A DNA stretch of 32,000 nt from a virus: the IMG/VR virus record IMGVR_UViG_3300047462_000400, positions 83,051 through 115,050 of that record, one strand, 5' to 3'. Each line of letters begins with the position of its first letter. Position 1 is the first letter of the stretch. The notes under the pieces are model-generated. The model was not told where the DNA came from and did no database searches. It worked only from the letters and a program-made list of their open reading frames with translations. The translations under genes and the position numbers were made by a program. This document shows, one piece after another, positions 1-8,832 of this stretch.

Positions 1-1111
<1,111 letters not shown>

Positions 1112-1114
1112 GAC

Positions 1115-3115
1115 CTATCTCCTCTTCTTGGGCGCCTTCTTTCGAGCCGCCGGCTTGCGGGCGGCAGGCTTGTGAGCGGCCGGCTTGCGCTTCGCTGGCT
1201 TGCGATGCGTCGTCTTCTTCGCCGGTGCCTTGCGGGTCTTGTATCGCGTGACCGTCTTGCCCGGTCCGCCGCCTCTGCCAGCAGTCGCCGCCATCGCGAC
1301 GATCCCGACGAGCGCGACGGCGCCGAGCGCACCAGCCACGATGGCGCCGGTGCTGATTCCGCCCTTCGCCGTGGGGGCCACGACGATCGGCTGACCTCCA
1401 GGAGCTCCAGGGGCTCCAGGAGCACCCGGTGCGCCCGGTGCTCCGCCTCCCGCTGCTGGCAAAGGCAACGGAGCAGGCGCAGGACCCGGTACAGAGAACG
1501 GGAGCGGCGCGGGCGCGGGCGTGAACGGGGCAGGTGCCGGTGAAGGGGCAGGACCAGGCGCAGGTGCCGGTGAAGGGGCAGGACCAGGCGCAGGTGCCGC
1601 GCCCGGTTGCACCGCCCCAGGACCGTAGTTGCTCTGTCCGTGCGGCGCCCACCACGACGGACGCGGGCTGCACCCGCTCGGCGTGGAGGCCCCCATCACG
1701 GGGCGAGCTGAGTTGGCGGAGCCGGAGCCCCACTTGCCATCCGCCGTGATCCCCAGCGCCGCTTGCGCAGCACCGACGATGTTGACGTTCGCGGGATTGC
1801 AGGGATCGACCCCGACGAGCGCCTGTACGGCCGGCGGGAGTGCACCCCCACCACCCGGAGCGGGAGCCGGTGCGGGCGCCGGTGCACCACCTCCGCCACC
1901 GCCCCCCCCTCCCCCAGGAGCGTTACCGGTGATGATCGCAGTCGGCAGAGTGGTCACCCCACCGGACGTGACCGGACCACCGCAGTTCGTCTGACCGGGC
2001 GGTGCCCACCAGCTCGGTCTGGGAGTGCACGGAGGCGGTGCGCCTGGGACGCGCGCTTGCGCAGCGCTCGCCGTACCGCTGCCCCACTTGCCGTCCGGTT
2101 GGAGTCCGAGCGCGGACTGCACCGCGCAGACGTACTGCGCGTTGCCCGGATCGCAGGGACTGCCGGCGGTCTGGAGCGTGCTGACGGCATCGGACACGGC
2201 GTCGCCGACGCCGAACCGCAGGGTGCCGCCTGGTCTGCCCGGTTGCGAGAACGCTTCCCGGTTGGGGAGCGCCGCTGCGATGGAGGGATGGAGCGGGACC
2301 CCAGGAGGAGTGCTTGCCGCCGCCACCGCTGCGTGGAGCATGGGAGCAATTGTCGGGTGGTTGGCGAGCTCCGGTCGCACCGAGAGCAGCGAGTGCACCT
2401 CGGGGGGGAGCATCGCTGCCGCACGGATTGCGACCTGCGGGTGTAGCGGTAGCACTCCAGGCGCGAACGAAGGGTGAAGCCCTTGCGGCGCCAGCGGCAA
2501 CACCGCGGGCGCGAACGGGTGCATGATCGACTGCGGGAGCAGCGGCAGCACCCCGGGCTGGAACGGACGCGCAGGGAACGCGGGCTGCGGGATGAGCGGC
2601 GCGACGCCAGGCTGGAAGGGGGGCGCGGGCTGCATCGGCGCGGTCCCGAACTGCTCGCGACCGAACTGGTCACGCCAGAACTGCCGACCGGCTTGGTCCC
2701 GGCCGACTTCCCAGCCGTGCTGGTCGTGCCAGACCTGCCGGCCCATCTGGTCGCGATGGATGCGCCGCCAGCGCCGTCGACCGAACGGGTCGACGAACGA
2801 CTCCTGCTGGTCCGGCTGCCCCCACGGGTACGACGGGTACTGGTAGGCGGAGTCGGTCTGCGGCTGCCCGTACTGGGCCTGTCCGTAGTCCGGCGCGTAC
2901 CCCGGCGACGGCGCCATGTACCCGGACGTGTCCATCGCCGGCCCACTGACCGGAACGTTCAGACTTTCGCCGGGTCGGAGGTCGCGCCAGGTACGGACGC
3001 CGGCCACCATCATCGTCGGCTTCATGGGATTGGCCGTGATGAGCTGGTCGAGCGGGATACCGAACCGCTGCGCGATGATCGCGGGGCTGTCCCCGAACTG
3101 CACGTGATAGACCAT
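1115..3115 (-). CDS. LysM protein with two PG_binding-like half motifs, Pro/Gly/Ala linkers, C-terminal TM anchor and Lys/Pro/Ala-rich basic tail
   Basis: The ORF is open to 3328, but the LysM fold starts at the internal Met (MVYHVQFGDSPAIIAQRFGIPLDQLITANP...ESLNVP). That ATG (3115-3113) overlaps the TAA of the upstream gene (TAATG). Contains motifs ALGLQPDGKWGSG and ALGITADGKWGSG. Hydrophobic segment ISTGAIVAGALGAVALVGIVAMAA is followed by the tail KTRKAPAKKTTHRKPAKRKPAAHKPAARKPAARKKAPKKRR. Confidence 0.8.
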   Translation of the reverse strand: MVYHVQFGDSPAIIAQRFGIPLDQLITANPMKPTMMVAGVRTWRDLRPGESLNVPVSGPAMDTSGYMAPSPGYAPDYGQAQYGQPQTDSAYQYPSYPWGQPDQQESFVDPFGRRRWRRIHRDQMGRQVWHDQHGWEVGRDQAGRQFWRDQFGREQFGTAPMQPAPPFQPGVAPLIPQPAFPARPFQPGVLPLLPQSIMHPFAPAVLPLAPQGLHPSFAPGVLPLHPQVAIRAAAMLPPEVHSLLSVRPELANHPTIAPMLHAAVAAASTPPGVPLHPSIAAALPNREAFSQPGRPGGTLRFGVGDAVSDAVSTLQTAGSPCDPGNAQYVCAVQSALGLQPDGKWGSGTASAAQARVPGAPPPCTPRPSWWAPPGQTNCGGPVTSGGVTTLPTAIITGNAPGGGGGGGGGGAPAPAPAPAPGGGGALPPAVQALVGVDPCNPANVNIVGAAQAALGITADGKWGSGSANSARPVMGASTPSGCSPRPSWWAPHGQSNYGPGAVQPGAAPAPGPAPSPAPAPGPAPSPAPAPFTPAPAPLPFSVPGPAPAPLPLPAAGGGAPGAPGAPGAPGAPGGQPIVVAPTAKGGISTGAIVAGALGAVALVGIVAMAATAGRGGGPGKTVTRYKTRKAPAKKTTHRKPAKRKPAAHKPAARKPAARKKAPKKRR
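1531..1600. repeat. perfect 30-bp tandem repeat, 2.3 copies, in frame inside the LysM gene
   Basis: caggtgccggtgaaggggcaggaccaggcg occurs at 1531-1560 and again at 1561-1590, with a partial third copy. It encodes the repeated APGPAPSPAP linker. Confidence 0.9.
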
Positions 3116-3609
3116 TAGAAGCGTCTCCCCATCGGTGGGTGTACGACGACGGTTCGCCCGTACGGGTTGTAGCCGCCGTATGGCGCCGCCGGCCGATAGG
3201 CCGCTGGCATCGACGGCATCTGTTGTCGGGGCACCCACTGCCGTCCATTCCATGCGAACGGGTTCGGTGCACCGAACTGCGGGAACACGGGCTGCTGCGG
3301 TACAGCCGCCGCCTGCTGCTGCTGCCACGCGAGCTGCCGCTCGCGCCAGTCATGGCGGAGCTGCCAGCGCGCGCCGTCCCACGAGTACGGACTCGGGGGG
3401 CTCGGCGTCTGCGGCACCACCGGCGGAGTCGGGACACCCGACGCCGGCACGGAGATGGTCTCGCCGGGCGCGAGAGAGATGAAGGTCTGGATGCCGTTGA
3501 CCCACGTGGTTGGCTTCTGCGGGTTCGCCGCCAGCATCTGGGCCATCGTGATCCCGAACCTGGCTGCGATTGTGGCGGGGCTATCCCCGTACTGCACTTG
3601 GTAGAGCAT
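3115..3609 (-). CDS. LysM domain protein (164 aa)
   Basis: MLYQVQYGDSPATIAARFGITMAQMLAANPQKPTTWVNGIQTFISLAPGETISVP fits LysM. It carries the same ANPxKPT insertion as the two other LysM paralogs. The ATG at 3609 overlaps the upstream TGA (TGATG). Confidence 0.8.
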   Translation of the reverse strand: MLYQVQYGDSPATIAARFGITMAQMLAANPQKPTTWVNGIQTFISLAPGETISVPASGVPTPPVVPQTPSPPSPYSWDGARWQLRHDWRERQLAWQQQQAAAVPQQPVFPQFGAPNPFAWNGRQWVPRQQMPSMPAAYRPAAPYGGYNPYGRTVVVHPPMGRRF

Positions 3610-5897
3610 CAGCGACTCCTCTTGCGACGACGACCACCTCTACTGCCTTTGCCTCCACCACCGCCGTGCGTGGCGAAGTAGATGACACCCCCGACAACGA
3701 CCGCGCCCGCGACGCCGATGCCAACTATCGCGCCGGTGCTCAGGCCGTGCTTCGTGGCCGTCGCCGCCGGAGCAGGCGTCGTCGTCGTCACGGGAGCAGG
3801 AGTAGGCGCTGGTGTTGGAGCCGGCGCGAGTGTCGCGCTCGGCGCGGGCGTCGCAGGGACGGGGGCGGGGATGGGCGGAGCTGGCGCGTTGCCGCCCGCC
3901 GGGAAAGCGTTCGGGAAGTCTTGCGCGTAAACGTGCGTCGTGTTCTGGAGCGCGGTCAGCGTGTCCTGATCGAGCACACCGTCAGTGCGCAGCGGCGTCG
4001 TCGTGATGCCGGCGGTGATCGTGGGGAGCTTGGCGTTGTTGACCCAGATCTGGAAGCACGCGACGGCCGCCTGGAGGTTCACGCCCGGGTCCACCCACGT
4101 CGGGCACGAGGTCCCGGTCGCCGAGGTGATCTGGCTGTTGAACGTCGCGAGGCTGTTCCGGATCCACGTCTGCTGGTCCGGCGTGAGACCCGCGAATGCG
4201 TCCGGATCGCCAGGACCATCGAGCGCAAACCCGCGGCAACCGCAGCCGCCGAGTGAGATGGATTCACCGAGGAACATCGTCGTCTCCTTGTCGCCTACAA
4301 TTCCGAACCCGGATGGCCTGCCCGCCCCGCCCGTCATGGCAGCGAGGTCGATCAGGGTGCTCGTGATGGTGTCGAGCCGACCAGTCGGTGACATGCCATG
4401 TGCGAGCTGGAACCGTGCGATGGCGCCCGCGGTGTTCGCACCGAAGTCGCCGTCGAGTCGGAGTCGCTCGCCGAGCCGGTTCAGCTGCTGTTGCGCCGCC
4501 CAGACTGCGGAACGGTCGTGCGAGAGATCCTGGATGCCGGTCTCCGCAATCCCACCGATTCCGGACGGCACAATCGGACCCCCGCCACGGTTGGCGTACT
4601 GGTCACCGCCGGATGGCCGCGGACCGAAGTAGAGGTTGCGACGGGTCCACTGCGGGATCGGTCCCGTGCAGTCCGCGCGCGGGGCGCACGGCGGCGTCTG
4701 CGGCGTCATGTTCTGCGCGTACCAGCAGGAGGCCGCACGGAGCCCTTCGTCGGTCGGTCCCTGCACCGGCACGTCGGTCACGAAGTCGTACTGACCCGTC
4801 GCTTGCGCCGGCGTGAGCGGCCGACCCGCAGGCGTGATCGTCGGTCGCCCCGGAAACTGGCCGATGTCCAGCGGGAAGCCCGCGACGTCGCGTCCACCGA
4901 ACACGTCGCGCGCCGACACGGGCACCGGCACCGGCACCGGAAGCACCACGAAGACCGGCGGAGGAGGAGGTGGGGGCGGAGCCGGCGGCAAGAACGCCCC
5001 CGGCGGCATCCCCGGGACCATCCCAGGCGGGAACATCCCCGGAGGGCCAGGCGGCGCCGGATAGTGGGGATGATGCGGAGGGTGGTGCGGGCGATGGTGC
5101 GGGTGACCGGGCGGATACACGCCCGGCTGCACCGCGACCGGAGGATGGTGCGGGTGGTGCGGATGACCCGGATGATGAGGGTGGTGAGGATGGTGCGGGT
5201 GCTGCCCCGGCTGCACGACCACTTCCCGTCCATGGTGGGGATGGTGGGGATGACCTGGATGGTGCGGGTGACCCGGATGCACCGCCTGCCCGTGCGGGTG
5301 CTGGGGGTGGTGCGGGTGCTGCGGATGGCCCGGATGATGAGGGTGGTGAGGATGGTGCGGGTGCTGCCCCGGCTGCACGACCACTTCCCGTCCATGGTGG
5401 GGATGGTGGGGATGACCTGGATGGTGCGGGTGACCCGGATGCACCGCCTGCCCGTGCGGGTGCTGGGGGTGGTGCGGGTGCTGCGGATGGCCCGGATGAT
5501 GAGGGTGCTGCGGGTGCTGAGGATGATGCCCCGGCGGCGGGTGATGACCCGGCTGGTGCTGCGGATGATGCTGCGCCTGCGGGTGCTGAGGATGGTGCGC
5601 CCCATGGTGCTGCGGATGGTGCGGGTGGGGCGGGACCTGCCCGTACGGCGTCTGCGGCTGCGTCATCGCCTCTTCCTTCTGCGCGAGCGCGTACCCGTGC
5701 ACCTGGACACCACCCAGCGAGATGGTCTCGCCGAGGTCGCCGCCGCGACCTTGCGCAGGACTCAATCCTTCGCGTCCTTGCGCAGGCCCAAACCCGGGAT
5801 TCGCGGGAGTCGGATAGAATCCGAACTGCCGCTTGAATCCGTCTCGGTCCGAGCAGTCCGAGCAACCCGACAGCGTTCCTTCTCGAGTGGCCGTCAC
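3609..5897 (-). CDS. His/Pro-rich repeat protein with PG_binding_1 domain and C-terminal TM anchor plus basic tail
   Basis: GTG start at 5897 overlaps the upstream TGA (GTGA). Long HPHHPGHPQHPHH tracts. VWAAQQQLNRLGERLRLDGDFGANTAGAIARFQLAHGMSPTGRLD matches the peptidoglycan-binding PG_binding_1 pattern. C-terminus is LSTGAIVGIGVAGAVVVGGVIYFATHGGGGGKGSRGGRRRKRSR. Confidence 0.8.
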   Translation of the reverse strand: MTATREGTLSGCSDCSDRDGFKRQFGFYPTPANPGFGPAQGREGLSPAQGRGGDLGETISLGGVQVHGYALAQKEEAMTQPQTPYGQVPPHPHHPQHHGAHHPQHPQAQHHPQHQPGHHPPPGHHPQHPQHPHHPGHPQHPHHPQHPHGQAVHPGHPHHPGHPHHPHHGREVVVQPGQHPHHPHHPHHPGHPQHPHHPQHPHGQAVHPGHPHHPGHPHHPHHGREVVVQPGQHPHHPHHPHHPGHPHHPHHPPVAVQPGVYPPGHPHHRPHHPPHHPHYPAPPGPPGMFPPGMVPGMPPGAFLPPAPPPPPPPPVFVVLPVPVPVPVSARDVFGGRDVAGFPLDIGQFPGRPTITPAGRPLTPAQATGQYDFVTDVPVQGPTDEGLRAASCWYAQNMTPQTPPCAPRADCTGPIPQWTRRNLYFGPRPSGGDQYANRGGGPIVPSGIGGIAETGIQDLSHDRSAVWAAQQQLNRLGERLRLDGDFGANTAGAIARFQLAHGMSPTGRLDTITSTLIDLAAMTGGAGRPSGFGIVGDKETTMFLGESISLGGCGCRGFALDGPGDPDAFAGLTPDQQTWIRNSLATFNSQITSATGTSCPTWVDPGVNLQAAVACFQIWVNNAKLPTITAGITTTPLRTDGVLDQDTLTALQNTTHVYAQDFPNAFPAGGNAPAPPIPAPVPATPAPSATLAPAPTPAPTPAPVTTTTPAPAATATKHGLSTGAIVGIGVAGAVVVGGVIYFATHGGGGGKGSRGGRRRKRSR
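5147..5507. repeat. 162-bp tandem repeat, about 2.2 copies, in frame (54 aa unit)
   Basis: By eye, the unit starting cccggatgatgagggtggtgagg at 5167 is repeated identically at 5329 (162/162). A partial third copy starts at 5491. It encodes HPGHPQHPHHPQHPHGQAVHPGHPHHPGHPHHPHHGREVVVQPGQHPHHPHHPH. Confidence 0.9.
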
Positions 5898-6742
5898 GGC
5901 ACGTCCTCCCCCAGGTTCTCGTCGAAGACGAGCGATCCTGCGACGACGCCGTACTGCGCGAACGCTGCGAACGACGTGAGGAACCGATCCTCACGGGTGA
6001 GCGCGGAGAACTGGTCGGGCGTCAGACCCGTGGTGGTCGGGTTCGTTGCCGGATCGTTCTGCCGAACGCTTGCAAAGAGCGCGACGTCGCACGGCAAGGG
6101 GACCGGGATGTCGAGCACCCGCTCGCTCTGCGAACTCAGCCAGTGGTAGCGGAGGTCGTGGATGTTCCCGAGGCTCGCGTGGAGCGGCGTCCCCCACGGC
6201 TTGCCGGCGTTCGGCGGCGCGTAGGGCGCAGGCACCTGGTAGAGAATCGACGGCGCCGTGCTGGTCTCGTAGATGAAGCCGTCCGTGTTCGCCGGGTTCC
6301 GACGGTCACGGAACGTCTTCGGGATCAGCATCACGTGCCACGAGATGTCGCCGTCCGGCGGATGCCAGAGCGGCTGCCGGATCTCGCGCCGAAACACCGT
6401 CGTTGGTGCCGCTTCTCCGTTGGGGATGCGGGCGACGATCTCCGCGTACTGCCTAATGCCGACCAGACGCGCGCCGACCTCGCCGGTCGAGAACCCCACC
6501 CGCGCGAGCAGCATGAGGTAGCGCGCGTTGCCGATGGCCGCGCTCGGCGTTTGCGGGACGACGAGGCCCGTGCCGACGTTCGTGTTGTACGGGTCGCTCT
6601 TGATGAACCCGAACTCGGGGTTCGGGCCGGCGGTGACGACCTCGTAGCGACCGGCGCAGAGAGACGTGCGGAGGCCATTGGAAACCCCACTGGGTTCCCG
6701 CTGAAGCCTGATCACGTTATCCGTGCGTTCGCCTCGTCGCAT
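5894..6742 (-). CDS. hypothetical beta-rich protein (282 aa), candidate virion structural protein
   Basis: ORF track entry. ATG at 6742, 6 nt after the upstream stop. Its stop overlaps the next GTG start. No low-complexity sequence; composition is globular and beta-rich. The function is inference only. Confidence 0.65.
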   Translation of the reverse strand: MRRGERTDNVIRLQREPSGVSNGLRTSLCAGRYEVVTAGPNPEFGFIKSDPYNTNVGTGLVVPQTPSAAIGNARYLMLLARVGFSTGEVGARLVGIRQYAEIVARIPNGEAAPTTVFRREIRQPLWHPPDGDISWHVMLIPKTFRDRRNPANTDGFIYETSTAPSILYQVPAPYAPPNAGKPWGTPLHASLGNIHDLRYHWLSSQSERVLDIPVPLPCDVALFASVRQNDPATNPTTTGLTPDQFSALTREDRFLTSFAAFAQYGVVAGSLVFDENLGEDVP

Positions 6743-6748
6743 CGCGCA

Positions 6749-7357
6749 TCACAATCTCGGTCCGAGCAAAAGGGTGAGGTCAGGGACTTCGAAGCCGAGC
6801 TTCTTCAGGCGCTGGCGCGCATCGTCCTCGCTCATGTCATCGATCGTCTTATCGAGGAACTGCCAGCCGAGGAAGGTCAACGTGACGTCGAACGGCACGC
6901 TCACCGGCGTCTGCAAGAGCACCGCGCTCACCTTGACGTTGCTCTGCTTGTAAAGCGGCCAGCCCGCAGGCCAGGTGACCGCGAAGACGTCCACGAGGTT
7001 GCCGAGGTCCGTGAACGTGTCGTTGATGGCGTACTTCGGGCCGCCAAAGACCTGCATCTGGATGCCGACGCCGGTCTGGCCGCTCTGCTTCAACTGGTTG
7101 AAGTAGAGCGACTGGAGGGGGCTACCCGGAAAGCTGTTCTGCTGAAAGAGGTTGTACGAAACTCGCTCGATCAGCGTGTCCTGCGTCAGGTTGTTGTCGA
7201 AGCTCTGCACGACCGGCGGAGCGTTGACCGTGCTCGACGAGAACTGGAGCGGGATATCGACGATGAACGGCACACGCGGAACCCCCGCGAGCATGGCGAA
7301 CGCCACGCGCGGCGCGTAGAGCGCGAGGTTCTTGATGTCGTGGTCCCTCGGAAGCAT
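6749..7357 (-). CDS. hypothetical beta-rich protein (202 aa), candidate virion structural protein
   Basis: The ORF is open to a TTG at 7378. The ATG at 7357 has AGAGGA 6 nt upstream, so it is preferred. No family recognised. Confidence 0.65.
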   Translation of the reverse strand: MLPRDHDIKNLALYAPRVAFAMLAGVPRVPFIVDIPLQFSSSTVNAPPVVQSFDNNLTQDTLIERVSYNLFQQNSFPGSPLQSLYFNQLKQSGQTGVGIQMQVFGGPKYAINDTFTDLGNLVDVFAVTWPAGWPLYKQSNVKVSAVLLQTPVSVPFDVTLTFLGWQFLDKTIDDMSEDDARQRLKKLGFEVPDLTLLLGPRL

Positions 7358-7442
7358 TCTCAGTCCTCTCTCAAGCAAGAGAGCGAGCGCGCCCCCGTCT
7401 GACTACGAGTTATGCGCGCTCGCTCTTCTCGACTGCTCCGAA

Positions 7443-8726
7443 TCAGGCCGACATCTGCGGCGACATGATCTGCTGCACCGCAGGCGGCGCAGACGGCGAC
7501 TGGCAGAATGCCTTCCAGCCGCCGGGCATCTCCCAGCCCTTGATCTTGATGCCGAGCTTCAGGATGCCGCCCTTGAAGACCTCCCGGCAAACGTTGACCG
7601 TCTGCGGTATGGGGACCGGTGCGGGGTCGAGCGTCTGCTCCAGCATCGCGGTCGCACTCGACAGGGTCGGCCCGCAGTTGATGTTCTGGTCCGGGGTGAT
7701 GTTCGTGCCCAGCGGCTCGTTCGTGATGGTGAGCGCCTGGAGCATGTTCGCCTGGTGAACGGCGTCCTGCACGGCGAACAGCATGCCGATGGGGATGCCT
7801 CGCTCGAGGAAGCACGGGCTCTCGACGGGCCGGTACATCTGGCCCTTGCACCCGTACCCCTGCCAGCGGAGACCGCCCCAGGTGACCGGCGCGAGGTCGA
7901 AGTCGCGCGTCGGGTGGAAGATGCCGATGTTGCCGGCGACCGGCGACGTCGTCGAGATCGAGCCCACGCGCCGGAAGTTGACCGGGAGGAAGATCGTCCC
8001 GGACCCCTTCGAGCGGTACTGCGCGTTCACGCTCGCCACGAACTCGATGACGGCGACCTCGGAGGTGCCCGCCGCCTCGGCGTCCGCGAAGGACCCGAAG
8101 TAGGAAACGTCAGCCGCCAGCTCGTTCAGCACGAGCTCGCGCTGGTTCGTCTTCCACTGGAACTGGTAGGCGTTGATGAAGTTCCAGCCCGCCCGCCACA
8201 CGTCCACACCCCACACGAACACGGCGGGGGAGAAGTTGTCGGAATCGGCCGTGACGGTCGCGCCCATCGCGCCGTTGGTGAGGTCGTTCGTCGTGAAGAC
8301 GTCCGGCGAAGGGGGGGGAGCCGTCGTCGTCGTCGGCGCGTTGAACGCATTGCCGATGGTCGAGAAGCTCATCGGCTCGCAGAAGACGTGGACGCCGACG
8401 CCGTGAGCGAGGATGTCCGTCTGGAGGATGCCGTTGATGAGGAACGTGGAGTCGATCGACTGCACGCCGGGGACCGCGGAGCTGCCCGAGAGCAGGTTCA
8501 CGGAGTCACCGAACGTGGAGGTCGCCTCCTCGAGCGTAAGGGGGAGGGGGACCGTCCAGACCACCTGCTCGATGACGGGGATGTTCCCGAACGAGCAACG
8601 CAGGCACTTCTCGGCCGCCTTCAGGTCGCCAGGCGCCTGACCGAGACCGAAGGGGATGCGGCGAACCTTCTCGCGGTCCTGGCCGAACCGCGAAGTCTTG
8701 CGCCCGATGATGCTTCTTCCAGCCAT
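7443..8726 (-). CDS. hypothetical 427-aa protein, candidate major structural (capsid) protein
   Basis: ATG at 8726 with AGGAGA 6 nt upstream, one of the clearest SD sites I saw in the window. A terminator-like hairpin lies upstream. Globular, beta-rich sequence. The capsid role is inferred from context only. Confidence 0.7.
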   Translation of the reverse strand: MAGRSIIGRKTSRFGQDREKVRRIPFGLGQAPGDLKAAEKCLRCSFGNIPVIEQVVWTVPLPLTLEEATSTFGDSVNLLSGSSAVPGVQSIDSTFLINGILQTDILAHGVGVHVFCEPMSFSTIGNAFNAPTTTTAPPPSPDVFTTNDLTNGAMGATVTADSDNFSPAVFVWGVDVWRAGWNFINAYQFQWKTNQRELVLNELAADVSYFGSFADAEAAGTSEVAVIEFVASVNAQYRSKGSGTIFLPVNFRRVGSISTTSPVAGNIGIFHPTRDFDLAPVTWGGLRWQGYGCKGQMYRPVESPCFLERGIPIGMLFAVQDAVHQANMLQALTITNEPLGTNITPDQNINCGPTLSSATAMLEQTLDPAPVPIPQTVNVCREVFKGGILKLGIKIKGWEMPGGWKAFCQSPSAPPAVQQIMSPQMSA

Positions 8727-8806
8727 GTTCTTTCTCCTGTTTCGCAGGCCGTTTCTTGGTCAGCCGCCTGCTCCGAATCCGTTCACTGCGTTGCGTGGTG
8801 GTTGCG

Positions 8807-8832
8807 AAAAAAGGTGGTCCCCGAAGGGATCA
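8807..8832 (-). terminator. intrinsic-terminator-like hairpin (UUCG tetraloop) followed by U6
   Basis: Minus strand reads UGAUCCC-UUCG-GGGACCA (7-bp stem with one A.C mismatch), then CC UUUUUU. It starts at the stop codon of 8830..11217. Confidence 0.45.

Noticed and set aside
1240-1275. GPGKT in the tail of the 1115..3115 protein as a Walker A motif
   Set aside because: The spacing does not fit G-x4-GK[ST]. It lies in the basic tail after the membrane anchor, so it is coincidental.
5147-5507. CRISPR array as an explanation for the tandem repeats (162 bp, 30 bp, 11 bp)
   Set aside because: The repeats are directly adjacent without unique spacers and lie in frame within genes (162 and 30 bp) or occur only twice (11 bp). 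No cas genes are present.
4398-6149. 583-aa + strand ORF across the His-rich region
   Set aside because: The composition (RMVRV repeats) is the antisense reading of the HPHHP repeat. The minus-strand frame carries a PG_binding_1 domain and a membrane anchor, and it is coupled to its neighbours.
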